Positions 1-9,774 are shown, numbered from the stretch's first letter. The stretch is DNA of 32,000 nt from Candidatus Iainarchaeum sp. (GCA_037441475.1 JBBISB010000002.1:66020-98019); one strand, 5' to 3'. The notes: generated from the sequence alone by a model not told the origin. A program made the numbers and translations.

Positions 1-1204
1 AATCAGTGTGAAGAATAAAAGCAAAGTCAAGAAGAGTGGATTTTTTTGGAATAACCATCTCTTGGTTTGTTTGGGTGTAGACAACTATGTAGTCTATATA
101 GGAGACATCTTTTGGTTTTGTAAGCATATTATTTTCTTTTAAGAAATTTATTAAACGAGAGTCCTTTTCTGAAAATTCAATGTTTTTATAGTGGAAATGA
201 GCAGAAACACCAAACTCAGCATTGTTATGCATATCAATGGTTCTTATCTGTATCTCAAAAGGATAACCATTAAGCATTATATTAAGATGTATTGACTGAT
301 AACCATTTTCCTTAGGATACTTTATAAAATCTCTTATCTTTACATCCTTGTTTTCAATAACCTCAAAGTTATCTTTAATAGCTTGAAGAGCTTTATAACA
401 TTCCTTTCTTGAATTGTAGATAAGTCTTAAAGCATAGATATCAAGAACCTCTAAAAGATGATTCTTTTCTTTCCTTATAAAGATCTTTTGATAAAGACTG
501 CCTGGGCTTTTGTATCTGTAATTGTAGGTTACTGGTTTATGTCCTTTATTTTTTAAAAAATTAATAACAGTTTCTTTTAAAGTATTTAATTTTTCTACAG
601 GATATTTTTTAGTTACTTCTTTATAGGTTTTATTAAAACTTTCTTTATACTTTAAAGCCATTAATTTTTCTAAAAACTCCTCTTTGAAGTTTTGCATACC
701 TAACTGGTAGGCTAAAGGAAAGATAGCTTGTTCAATAACATCTAAAAATCTTGTTTTAAATTTTTCATCTTTAATTTTAGGAAAATAATCTAAGATAACT
801 AAAGCTTCACCAAAAAGAAGAATAACAGCCTCTATCTTAAAGAAAGATTGAACAATCATTTTTTTTATTTTCTTAGGAGGGATATCATAGTTGTGTATTA
901 AATCATAAAAGTTTATAAAATAATAATCTTTAGATATCTTTCTTATAATCTTAGGAAAACCTGCACTCTTAATGTTTATTTCATATTTATAAGGGTTGTA
1001 AAGAACAGCAGTGATTATTATGTTTTCATCATAAACATTTAGTTTTTTTGCAATAGCTAAAGAATACTCTATTAAAGGGATGTTTTTGAAAACATACTCA
1101 GAAGAATAATTGTTTTTAGAGATAGAGTAGGCTTTCTTAATATTTGAAGTGTACTCTTTTATAAGAGATGAATATTCTTTTAAAAAACTTTTTTTAATAA
1201 CCAT
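1..1204 (-). CDS. RelA/SpoT homolog (RSH), (p)ppGpp synthetase domain plus start of TGS domain; C-terminus lies outside the window
   Basis: Manual translation from ATG (cat at 1202-1204) gives MVIKKSFLKEYSSLIKEYTSNIKKAY... with RSH synthetase-like signatures: DIYALRLIY, FIKYPKENGYQSIHLNIMLNGYPFEIQIRTIDMHNNAEFGVSAHFHYK, then a TGS start (YIVVYTQTNQEMVIPKKSTLLDFAFILHTD). Open to the window edge, hence missing from the ORF track. Confidence 0.9.
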   Translation of the reverse strand, partial: MVIKKSFLKEYSSLIKEYTSNIKKAYSISKNNYSSEYVFKNIPLIEYSLAIAKKLNVYDENIIITAVLYNPYKYEINIKSAGFPKIIRKISKDYYFINFYDLIHNYDIPPKKIKKMIVQSFFKIEAVILLFGEALVILDYFPKIKDEKFKTRFLDVIEQAIFPLAYQLGMQNFKEEFLEKLMALKYKESFNKTYKEVTKKYPVEKLNTLKETVINFLKNKGHKPVTYNYRYKSPGSLYQKIFIRKEKNHLLEVLDIYALRLIYNSRKECYKALQAIKDNFEVIENKDVKIRDFIKYPKENGYQSIHLNIMLNGYPFEIQIRTIDMHNNAEFGVSAHFHYKNIEFSEKDSRLINFLKENNMLTKPKDVSYIDYIVVYTQTNQEMVIPKKSTLLDFAFILHTD

Positions 1205-1315
1205 TTAATATCACTGTGTTTTTTTACCTTTCTGTAACGTTTTTTGTACTTTCGTATTATTTTTTGTCCTTTGGTATTATTTAATCTTCTTGTTTTTTTT
1301 ATTTTTAAAAAAAAA

Positions 1316-4183
1316 CTATTCCACTAAGAAACCTATCTTACCAGGAGTTGCACTCTTTGCTTTTTCATTTAAAGACTCTTCTGCCTTAACTATTAAAACC
1401 TCAGTTTCAAAGGTATTAGAGATGAAATCCTTTATTGAGGTTAAAAAAACCATATCCTCCTCTTGAGATTTTATGTTTTCCTTTAAAAGAGGTTGCTTTA
1501 TAAGCTTTGTAATGGTTTTAGAAACTTCTTCTTTTTCCTCAGAATACTTAGACATATATTTAGAAATCAGTTGTCCAACATTTCTTGAAACATCTAAATC
1601 AACTAAAACTTCTTGATAAAATAAATATTTCCAAGATGCAGAAACAATTAAGGTTATTTTATTTATTTTCTCAAGACCTGAAAGCTTAATAACATTTCTT
1701 AAATCTGAAACCATCTTTTCAACATTCTTTTCCTTATCATCAAGAGAAAGATTTATCTTTTCAATATCAACTATAGGGAAGCTTTGTTTTGCTACAAGAG
1801 TATTTTCTAAAACTAAGCTGTTAAGCTCTTCTGCTACATGAGGAGTAAACAAACCCATTGTTAAGATCCATTTTTTAAGTAAAGAAAAAATTAATTTTTT
1901 ATTGTTTCCACCTCTTCTTAAATACCATGAAAAGTCATTATGGAAATTAAAATAAACTTCATCAGTTGCAGCCTTAAACTCTATTTTTTCCATAGCCTCT
2001 ATAACTGTTCTAAGTCTTAAGTTAAACTTAGATTCAAACCAGCGGTCAAGCTCAGTTTCATTTGCATCTTCCTTAAAATCATTTGAAGAAATAATATTTT
2101 CTATAAAGGAAAAGATTCTTTCAAGTCTTTGCTTATATGTTTTTAAATCATCTTCCTCAAAGGAGATATCCACAAATGGACTTGCTACATTTGCATAGAA
2201 AAGTCTAATTGCATCTATTGAGTATTTTTCGGCCTCAGAGCCAATTGAACCTACACCACCCTTTGATTTTGAAATTTTTCCAGAACTTGAAACAACCCAC
2301 CAGTTAACAAAGATACCTTGTGGGTAATATTTTTTATCTAAGATACCTACATGGTTCATTAAAAAGGTAGGAAAATGAACTGTTTGGTGTTCCTTACCGC
2401 CTAAGTTAATATCTAAAGGATACCAGTAAGAGACATCTTTTTTAATTTCCTCAACTAAAAGTTTATCTAAAGAAGTTTCTTTTATAACATTCTCTAAAGA
2501 ACCTTTGTTTAAGAAAATATAATCAAAGAACGCTTCTGTTAATTGTTCAGTTTTTATTTTACCTTGGTTTACATAAAGAGAAACAAGGTAATAGATAGGG
2601 TAAAGAGTACTATCTGAAATTGGTTCAACTGTGTAAGAGGAATCAAATGGAAGCTTTGTTCCAAGCCAGGTTCCTTGTCTTGCACATGCTCTATCATCAA
2701 ACCAGTTTAGAATATTTGAAAGATTCTTTTTAAAAGAATCAGGCAAAATAAGCATGTTCTTTGTATACTCAATTGTTTTTTCTGTTAAATCCTTGTCTGA
2801 ATATTTAATAAACCATTGTCCATCTATTCTTTTAATTACAACTGGAGAAGAGCATCTACAAAGAACCTCTTCTGATAAATCATAGAAGATGAATGCATTT
2901 TTTTCTTCAAGCATCCTTTCTTTTATTTTTTCTTTTGCAATTTCAACTTTCATGCCCTTATATTCATTACAGGTTTCTGTCATAACCCCTGTATGGTAAC
3001 CTTTCTTGTAAACTTCTTTTTTAGCTTCCTCTAATTTTTCTGTATCCTTTTGAGAAGCAATCTTCATTCTCTCACAAATCTCAACTGCAGGAAAATCTCC
3101 AAAATCTTTTGATTTAATTATTGGTATTAACTTAATATTTTTAATAGTCTCATAATCAAGAGAGTATTTATCACACTCTTCCTTTGATCTTTGCAAGTCA
3201 TAAAGACCCATCCAGTCAGCAGGCGCATCAGAAGGAACAGAGGTGACTATGCCTGTACCTATCTTAGGGTCACAAAAGGAAGATGGAAGAATAATTATTT
3301 TTCTATCTATAATTGGTGGTTTTACATATTTACCTAAAAGATCCTTACCTTTTATTTTTTCATCAAGAAGAGAAGTATTATCTATTTGGTATTTTATTTT
3401 TTCATAAAAATCTTTTGATGCAATCCAGGTTTCATTTTCATACTTTATCTTAACATACTCTTCCTCTGCTGAAAGCCAGATGTTTGTTTGACCGTAAACA
3501 GTCTCTGGTCTTAGGGTTGCAACTAAGATATATTGATTTTCTTTTTCAAAATTAAGTTTAATGATTGTAAACTCTTGTTTTTCTGCATTTCCACCTTTTG
3601 ATAAATCCATCTCTGAAGGATCAACTGCAACTGGACCACACTTTACACAAGCTGTTGCAAAGTAAGGCTTTTGTACAAGTAAGTCTTTTTCTTTTAGTTT
3701 CTTAAACTGCCATTCTATAAACTTTTGATAATCAGGGTAGGTTGTAACTGTAAATCTTCTAAAGTCACCTAGAAAGCCATAGGAGTTATAATCTCTAACA
3801 TACATTTCAGAAAAGAAATTAACAAAGCCATCTGGAGTGGATATTTTATTTAAGTTATCATTTGTTAAGCCTTTACTTTTGTAATAATCAACAGTCTCTT
3901 TATCATTCTCTTTTACTTTTTGTGCTTTAGAAACAGCTCCGTTTCCTGAAGCATGCCCTCCAGCAGCAAGTAAAACATTAAAACCATTCATTCTTTTAAA
4001 CCTACAGATAGCATCAGCATAAGAGTATCCTCTCATATGCCCTACATGATGAAAGCCTGAGACAGTTAAGTAAGCCCATATTAAAAAGAACTTTGGTTTA
4101 GTTTCATCTCTTGTAGCAGAGCCTATGTTTTCCTCTTGCCATTTATCTTGCCATTTTTTTTCAAAGTCTGTATAGTTGTACAT
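1316..4183 (-). CDS. leuS: Leucyl-tRNA synthetase, archaeal/eukaryal type
   Basis: 955 aa; HIGH-like motif HVGHMRGY, KMSKS-like GKISKSKGG, TLRPETVYGQTN editing-domain motif, ARQGTWLGTKLP. Confidence 0.9.
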   Translation of the reverse strand: MYNYTDFEKKWQDKWQEENIGSATRDETKPKFFLIWAYLTVSGFHHVGHMRGYSYADAICRFKRMNGFNVLLAAGGHASGNGAVSKAQKVKENDKETVDYYKSKGLTNDNLNKISTPDGFVNFFSEMYVRDYNSYGFLGDFRRFTVTTYPDYQKFIEWQFKKLKEKDLLVQKPYFATACVKCGPVAVDPSEMDLSKGGNAEKQEFTIIKLNFEKENQYILVATLRPETVYGQTNIWLSAEEEYVKIKYENETWIASKDFYEKIKYQIDNTSLLDEKIKGKDLLGKYVKPPIIDRKIIILPSSFCDPKIGTGIVTSVPSDAPADWMGLYDLQRSKEECDKYSLDYETIKNIKLIPIIKSKDFGDFPAVEICERMKIASQKDTEKLEEAKKEVYKKGYHTGVMTETCNEYKGMKVEIAKEKIKERMLEEKNAFIFYDLSEEVLCRCSSPVVIKRIDGQWFIKYSDKDLTEKTIEYTKNMLILPDSFKKNLSNILNWFDDRACARQGTWLGTKLPFDSSYTVEPISDSTLYPIYYLVSLYVNQGKIKTEQLTEAFFDYIFLNKGSLENVIKETSLDKLLVEEIKKDVSYWYPLDINLGGKEHQTVHFPTFLMNHVGILDKKYYPQGIFVNWWVVSSSGKISKSKGGVGSIGSEAEKYSIDAIRLFYANVASPFVDISFEEDDLKTYKQRLERIFSFIENIISSNDFKEDANETELDRWFESKFNLRLRTVIEAMEKIEFKAATDEVYFNFHNDFSWYLRRGGNNKKLIFSLLKKWILTMGLFTPHVAEELNSLVLENTLVAKQSFPIVDIEKINLSLDDKEKNVEKMVSDLRNVIKLSGLEKINKITLIVSASWKYLFYQEVLVDLDVSRNVGQLISKYMSKYSEEKEEVSKTITKLIKQPLLKENIKSQEEDMVFLTSIKDFISNTFETEVLIVKAEESLNEKAKSATPGKIGFLVE

Positions 4184-4259
4184 ATTTTATCTTTTTCTAT
4201 TATATTTTAGTATATAATATAAGTATAGAAACGTTTATAAAAACTCAAGAAAAACAAAA

Positions 4260-5075
4260 CTACTTAACTCTTTCAACAAAAAGATAAACATCAGGAAGAT
4301 CAGGGGTTCTTTTCTTATACTCTAAAGGAAGATATGAAAAATCTGCTCTAAAACCTCTTTTTTCAAGACCACTAATAACTTGTGATCTATGCTCTTTACC
4401 CATACTTGTCTTTAATAGAAAAGTATTGAAACTAAAGATAGCAAGACCACCTTTGTTTAAGGAATAAAGATACTTAAGTAAAACCTCTCTTTGTAAAGAG
4501 GTCTGTGTGTAATGAAAACCACCATAAACAGAAAGAATTAAATCATATTTTCTTTCTGGCATGAAATTTAAGACATTACCTATTTTCTTAAAATCAATAT
4601 TTTTTGCAACCACACTTCTAGTTAAAGAAACTGCTGTTGTTTTTAGATCAGCAGAAACTAATTTTCTTTCTTTTAAAGAATTCCATTTTTCTTTAAGTTC
4701 TGATAAAAAAGTGCCTTTTCCAGCACCATCATCTAAAACATTTATTTCTTTTTTTTTATATTTTCTTTCAAAAGCACTTAAAGTAGATATAATATCTCTT
4801 TTAAAAACAGAGCTATTTTCTAATATACTACTGGTTATTATTTTTTTAAAAATAAAATTATAATCATCATATTTTCTATTTAAGATGTATCTTCCAGACT
4901 TATCACTTTCTTTTAATTTCTTTTCAGAAACTTTTAATCTTGCTAGAATATCTTTATCTTTTAGTTTTTTAAAAATTAGATCTTTTTGTAAAGACACCAT
5001 ACCATTTGCTTTTTCTTTAAGAGAAACCGGTTTCTTTGAAAATTTAGTTAATTTAGAAGGAGTTTTTTTAACCAT
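4260..5075 (-). CDS. Putative class I SAM-dependent methyltransferase-like protein (paralog of 5068..5853)
   Basis: 271 aa; Rossmann motif I-like LDDGAGKGTFLSELKEKW, later YDLILSVYGGFHYT and GLAIFSFNT. Confidence 0.55.
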   Translation of the reverse strand: MVKKTPSKLTKFSKKPVSLKEKANGMVSLQKDLIFKKLKDKDILARLKVSEKKLKESDKSGRYILNRKYDDYNFIFKKIITSSILENSSVFKRDIISTLSAFERKYKKKEINVLDDGAGKGTFLSELKEKWNSLKERKLVSADLKTTAVSLTRSVVAKNIDFKKIGNVLNFMPERKYDLILSVYGGFHYTQTSLQREVLLKYLYSLNKGGLAIFSFNTFLLKTSMGKEHRSQVISGLEKRGFRADFSYLPLEYKKRTPDLPDVYLFVERVK

Positions 5076-5853
5076 CTAAGAATAACTTTACCCTCTCAAT
5101 AACCAAATAATTACTAGGCAGTTTTTCAAAAATATTTTTTTTTATACTCATTAAATCTGCTTTAAAACCTCTTTTTTCAAAAGCATTCTGAATAGATGTT
5201 ATCTTTGGAGGAAGAGTATATTCAATACCAAAGATTCCCACACCACCTTTGTTTAAAGCATAACAATATTTAAGTAAAACTTCTTTTTGTAATTCTGGAA
5301 TAGTATACTCAAAACCACCAAAAACAGAAATAATCAGATCATATTTTTTTGTAGGCAAAAAATTAGCGACATTTCCTCTTTTTATTTCATCAATATTTTT
5401 TGAAATAATTGTTTTTGAACTTAATGTAACTGCAGTAGTTTTTAAAGAAGCCTTAACTTTTCCTTCTTTTTTTAGTGCATTCCATTTTTCTTTAAGTTCA
5501 GCTAAAAAATAACCTTTTCCTGCACCATCATCTAATAAACTTATTTTCTTCTTTTTGTGCCTATATGCCATTACTCTTAAAGTATGTACTACATCTCTTT
5601 TTAAAATTTTATGAGAAGAAAATAATCTATTAAAAATAGTATTATAACTTGCATAATTTCTATCAAGAACATACCCTGAAGTCCTGTTCTTTGAACGATT
5701 ATAAGCTTCTTGCTCAAAATAAGAATATCTTATTTTATCTTGTTTTAATTTTTTTTTAATAAGTTCTTTTTGTAAAGCAACCATGCCGTTTGGTTTTTCT
5801 TTAGATGAATTTACGTTAAAAAAATTACTTACTTTAGAAAATAATTTTTTCAT
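5068..5853 (-). CDS. Putative class I SAM-dependent methyltransferase-like protein (paralog of 4260..5075)
   Basis: 261 aa; LLDDGAGKGYFLAELKEKWNALKK, YDLIISVFGGFEYT; overlaps the downstream paralog by 8 nt. Confidence 0.55.
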   Translation of the reverse strand: MKKLFSKVSNFFNVNSSKEKPNGMVALQKELIKKKLKQDKIRYSYFEQEAYNRSKNRTSGYVLDRNYASYNTIFNRLFSSHKILKRDVVHTLRVMAYRHKKKKISLLDDGAGKGYFLAELKEKWNALKKEGKVKASLKTTAVTLSSKTIISKNIDEIKRGNVANFLPTKKYDLIISVFGGFEYTIPELQKEVLLKYCYALNKGGVGIFGIEYTLPPKITSIQNAFEKRGFKADLMSIKKNIFEKLPSNYLVIERVKLFLDG

Positions 5854-5879
5854 ATTTTAAAATCCCCTATACAAAATAA

Positions 5880-6662
5880 TTATTCTCCACCAAATATATT
5901 TGCCATAGCATCATAGCTTGCTCTAAACCTTGAATAAAGTTCATTAAAGTTATTTAGCATAGTTGCATTCAATCTTCCTTCAATACCAGAAACAGAATCG
6001 TTTAAAGAAATATTAAAATCTTGAACTTCTTGATTTAAGTTATATATTTCAGTCATAACATTGTTATCAATGTATGTTTGGATACCATAAACCCTCATGT
6101 CAACAGAATTAATCTGTGCCCTTACATTTGCATCCAAGGCATTTATCTTAGCAACTAAATCATCATACTGTGCTCTCTGTGATTGAGACATTTCAACAAT
6201 TAAGTTAAGACCAGGAGAAACATGGAAGGAATAAGAGATGTTTAAGGTTCTTGGAGTATTGTTTCTTACAACAGTACATCTTATATGCTCTTCATATATA
6301 CCAGGAGTTTGAGGGGTTATAAAGGCATGATAGTAGTTACCAGGAATTGTGGTTGGAATCATTGGAACATCTATTAAAAAGAAAGACTTATCAGGGAAAA
6401 GAAGAGAAAGAATACAGTTTGCATCTGTAATAGGCACACTTCTTGAATCTTCTAAACGAACAATTACTTGTCCTTGCTCACCAGAGATATACTCTGTTCC
6501 AGATACCATTCTAATACCAGGTTCTGCAGTTTTTTCTCTTATAAAGAATATTAAAAAAATAATTAAGCCAATAACTAATAAAGCTATGACTATGTAAAGG
6601 ATAGTTCTTTTATTTAAACTAGAAAATGAACTAAAATTATGATGTCTGAAACCTTTTTCCAT
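5880..6662 (-). CDS. Membrane-anchored protein with extracytoplasmic beta-domain and coiled-coil-like tail
   Basis: 260 aa; single N-terminal TM (ILYIVIALLVIGLIIFLIFFI), then VRLEDSRSVPITDANCILSLLFPDK...GIYEEHIRCTV, shared in outline with 6753..8993. Confidence 0.7.
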   Translation of the reverse strand: MEKGFRHHNFSSFSSLNKRTILYIVIALLVIGLIIFLIFFIREKTAEPGIRMVSGTEYISGEQGQVIVRLEDSRSVPITDANCILSLLFPDKSFFLIDVPMIPTTIPGNYYHAFITPQTPGIYEEHIRCTVVRNNTPRTLNISYSFHVSPGLNLIVEMSQSQRAQYDDLVAKINALDANVRAQINSVDMRVYGIQTYIDNNVMTEIYNLNQEVQDFNISLNDSVSGIEGRLNATMLNNFNELYSRFRASYDAMANIFGGE

Positions 6663-6752
6663 TGTTTTACTCTTTTTTATTTTTTTATAAAAAAATAAAA
6701 GAAAGCTTCTTTCTTTTAAAGAAAGAAACTTGTTATAACATTTTTAAAAAAT

Positions 6753-8993
6753 CTAAGAAATTATTCTTATATGTATTTCAGATTCTTGATTTTCTAAAAT
6801 CTTGTGAACAGTTGCATTGATGTCTGTTGTTTGTGCTTTAATGATACCAATATCTGTTAAAAGAGAATCAATCTTTGTTGTTATATCTCCACTTAAAAGA
6901 TTCCATGTGTTAAGTGTAGTTTGATTAATTTCTTCTATCTTTTGTGCATGTGTTGTATCCATAATAGCTACTGCTGTCTTAATGTTGTATACTTCTTGAC
7001 ATAATGGGCTATTATTTGTATCTTGATTTCCACAAAAGTTTTCAACTAATGCAAGGTTGTTATCAACAGATGTAAATCTATTTCTGATCTCTTGCATGTC
7101 TTCTTGGTTAATTGCATTTGAAACAAGCCATGTGGTGTCTGCTTTAACAGCATCTAACTGTGAAGTTAAGTTAGCTAAAAGTTCATCCATTTGAACATCT
7201 ATGTTTCCAATAACTAAACTTGTAATTAAGTTAGATAATGACTCATTAACATCTGTTATCTGTGTTTGGATAGTTTGACCTGTTGAAACTATTGTTCCGT
7301 TTACAGAAACCTCTAAGTTATTAAGTCTTGAAGCTAAAAACTCATTTGAATCCATGAAGCTTTGTGCAATCAATGCATTTGTGTTATTAAATTGATTTGT
7401 AATCTCACTTGCTAAATTAACATTAACAGTGTTTAAAAGATTTGTTAAAGAGGTTGTAGAGGTATTGATTTTTGTATTAATTGATTCTCCAGTCTCTGTA
7501 ACTGTTGCTGTTAATGATAAACTAACATTTGTAAGTTGAGATGAAAGTTCAGCAAATTTCAAATCTATTTTGGTTGAAAGATCATTGTTAACTGTGTTTA
7601 AAAGATTTGTTAAAGAGGTGGTGGAAGCAGTGATGTTTGTATTAATCTCTTCTCCTGTCTCTTCTAATTTAGCATTTAAATTAAGTTCTAAGTTTGTTAA
7701 AACACCAAATAACTCTTCAAACTTAAGATCTATTTTACTTGAAAGATCATTGTTAACTGTGTTTAAAAGATTTGTTAAAGAGGTAGTAGAAGAAGTGATG
7801 TTTGTATTAATCTCTTCTCCTGTTTCTTCAAGTTTAGCATTTAAACTTATATTAACATTTGATAAGTTTGTTTGAGAGGTGTTAAAGTCAGATGCAAGTT
7901 GACTTAATAAATCAGCATTAACTGTATTTAAAAGGTTTGTTAAGTTTGTTGTAGAGGTTGTAATATTTGTATTTATTGTCTCTCCAGTAGAAATAACAGT
8001 ACCTGTTAAGTTAAGGCTTACATCATTTAAGTTTGCTGAAACTGCATTGAAATCTGTTTGAAGTTGATCTAAGATACTAGCATTTACAGAACCTAAAAGA
8101 TTTGTTAAGTTTGTGTTTGTGTTTGTTATATTTGTATTAATTGTTTCTCCTGTTGTTAAAACAGTAGCTGTTAAGTTTAAACTTACATCATTTAAATTTG
8201 CATTTAAAGAATTAAAGTCAGTTGATAATTGATTTAAAAGACCGTTATTAATGTTTGTTAAAAGACCAGATAAGTTTGTATTAACATTTGTTAAACTTGT
8301 CTGTATTGCTTCTCCAGTTGCTGCAACTGTTCCTGTAACAGAAACATTAACATTTGTTAAGTCTGTCTGAAGTGTTGAAACACCTTCTTGTAATTGAGAA
8401 GAAAGTCTTCCATTAACATCGTTTAATAAATCGTTTAAAGAAGTATTCATGTTTGTTATATTTGTTGTAATTGTCTCACCAGTAGATGCAAGTTGACCTG
8501 TAACTGTAACATTAACATCTGCAAGTTTTAAGTCTAAGTTATCAGACTTGTTTGTTAAAACACTTATTTGTTCAAGTGCTGGATTTAAGTGGAAGGATTG
8601 TGAACTTTTAACCTCATTTGCCCCTCTTTTACAAGTTACTTCTTGTTCATAAGTTCCAAGAGGGGCTGATCCTAAATAATCTGTTCTATACCAGTTACCT
8701 GCTATGTTAGAAGGTGCCATTGGCTGGTTGTTTACAAAAACAGTTTTGTCTGGGTAAAGAATTGTTACTTTACATTCATCTATAGGGTATGGATTTCCCT
8801 TATAATCAGATAATCTTACAATAGTTGAACCATAATCATCTCTCCAGTATTCAGTGTGGGATACCCAAGAGAAGATTATTTCATTATCAACAACTGTTTT
8901 TCCATTAACATACGCTGTTGCTAAAAAAGCAATACCTATGAGAAGAATTCCTAGGACTGCTAATAATATTTTTGATTTTTTATTTTTTAACAT
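6753..8993 (-). CDS. Membrane-anchored surface protein with about seven 55-aa S/T/N-rich tandem repeats
   Basis: 746 aa; N-terminal TM, Ig-like-looking domain, then repeats of TGE(T/E)INTNITxSTTSLTNLLNTVNxDL... Confidence 0.8.
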   Translation of the reverse strand: MLKNKKSKILLAVLGILLIGIAFLATAYVNGKTVVDNEIIFSWVSHTEYWRDDYGSTIVRLSDYKGNPYPIDECKVTILYPDKTVFVNNQPMAPSNIAGNWYRTDYLGSAPLGTYEQEVTCKRGANEVKSSQSFHLNPALEQISVLTNKSDNLDLKLADVNVTVTGQLASTGETITTNITNMNTSLNDLLNDVNGRLSSQLQEGVSTLQTDLTNVNVSVTGTVAATGEAIQTSLTNVNTNLSGLLTNINNGLLNQLSTDFNSLNANLNDVSLNLTATVLTTGETINTNITNTNTNLTNLLGSVNASILDQLQTDFNAVSANLNDVSLNLTGTVISTGETINTNITTSTTNLTNLLNTVNADLLSQLASDFNTSQTNLSNVNISLNAKLEETGEEINTNITSSTTSLTNLLNTVNNDLSSKIDLKFEELFGVLTNLELNLNAKLEETGEEINTNITASTTSLTNLLNTVNNDLSTKIDLKFAELSSQLTNVSLSLTATVTETGESINTKINTSTTSLTNLLNTVNVNLASEITNQFNNTNALIAQSFMDSNEFLASRLNNLEVSVNGTIVSTGQTIQTQITDVNESLSNLITSLVIGNIDVQMDELLANLTSQLDAVKADTTWLVSNAINQEDMQEIRNRFTSVDNNLALVENFCGNQDTNNSPLCQEVYNIKTAVAIMDTTHAQKIEEINQTTLNTWNLLSGDITTKIDSLLTDIGIIKAQTTDINATVHKILENQESEIHIRIIS
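7494..8483 (-). repeat. Six consecutive 165-bp coding tandem repeats (55 aa each), with a degenerate seventh unit towards about 7280
   Basis: Units starting TGETITT, TGEAIQT, TGETINT, TGETINT, TGEEINT, TGEEINT are each exactly 55 residues by manual count; the seventh (TGESINT) is about 70 residues. Confidence 0.85.
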
Positions 8994-9143
8994 AATTAAT
9001 CTAACCTCACGTTTTTCTAAAAAATTTAATAAACAAGTAAGCAGTTATGTAGCTGTAAGATTATAACTTGTTTATAAAATTAAATATACTATTATATGTT
9101 GTATGTTATATTTATAAACATTTCCTTTTAAAAAAACTTTAAA

Positions 9144-9761
9144 TTAAGGCTTTAGGACTAAGAAAAACTTTCTTTTCTTTAAAGAATCAGAATTATAGAT
9201 AAACATCTGAGAAGAAGAAAGCTCTCTTTTAAAGGAAGAAAAGATGGTTTGATAGACCTCTTCTGAGTCAGGGTAGAACTGTATTATTGAGAGGCCGTTT
9301 GGTTTTAGAAGCCTTTTAATCTCTTTTGCTATTTTTTTAATGATATTTTTAATCTCCATCTCAGATTTATTTGAAACAACCCATTGAAGAGCAGAGATTG
9401 AAAGAATAAGATCATATTTTTCATATATTTTTGATAAATCTTGAAAACCACCAAGCTTAACATCAAGTTTCTTGGATTTTGCTATCTTTATCATCTCTTT
9501 TGAAGGGTCAATACCTTTTAAAGAAAGAAAACCGTTTTCTTTTAAAAAATCTAAAGAAAACCCAGTTCCACAACCAACATCTAGAATGTCAATGGTTAAG
9601 TGGTTTGAGAGGGGAGAAGAGAGATCTAAAGCTATTTTTGTCATTTCCTCTTGTGTTTTTCTCATACCTGTGCTTTGGTTGTACCTGTTTGCTTCTTCTT
9701 CTGTATAAAAATCATTAGGGTTTGTGTAAACTTTCTCTGGAACCTCTGTGTTTAAAGACAT
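9144..9761 (-). CDS. Bud23-like SAM-dependent rRNA methyltransferase family protein
   Basis: 205 aa; LDVGCGTGFSLDFL, DLILSISALQWV, LSIIQFYPDSEE, C-terminal LKKRKFFLVLKP match the Bud23/WBSCR22 pattern (ISALQWL, LQFYPEN, AKKFFLCL), plus N-terminal QEEMTKIALDL. Confidence 0.75.
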   Translation of the reverse strand: MSLNTEVPEKVYTNPNDFYTEEEANRYNQSTGMRKTQEEMTKIALDLSSPLSNHLTIDILDVGCGTGFSLDFLKENGFLSLKGIDPSKEMIKIAKSKKLDVKLGGFQDLSKIYEKYDLILSISALQWVVSNKSEMEIKNIIKKIAKEIKRLLKPNGLSIIQFYPDSEEVYQTIFSSFKRELSSSQMFIYNSDSLKKRKFFLVLKP

Positions 9762-9774
9762 ATTAACAACTTCT

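Noticed and set aside
4561-5079. Plus-strand ORFs 4561..4863 and 4885..5079
   Set aside because: Antisense to the well-supported methyltransferase-like paralogs; low-complexity translations without recognisable family.
7570-7875. Plus-strand ORF 7570..7875 with an apparent internal repeat
   Set aside because: Antisense shadow of the 165-bp coding repeats on the minus strand.
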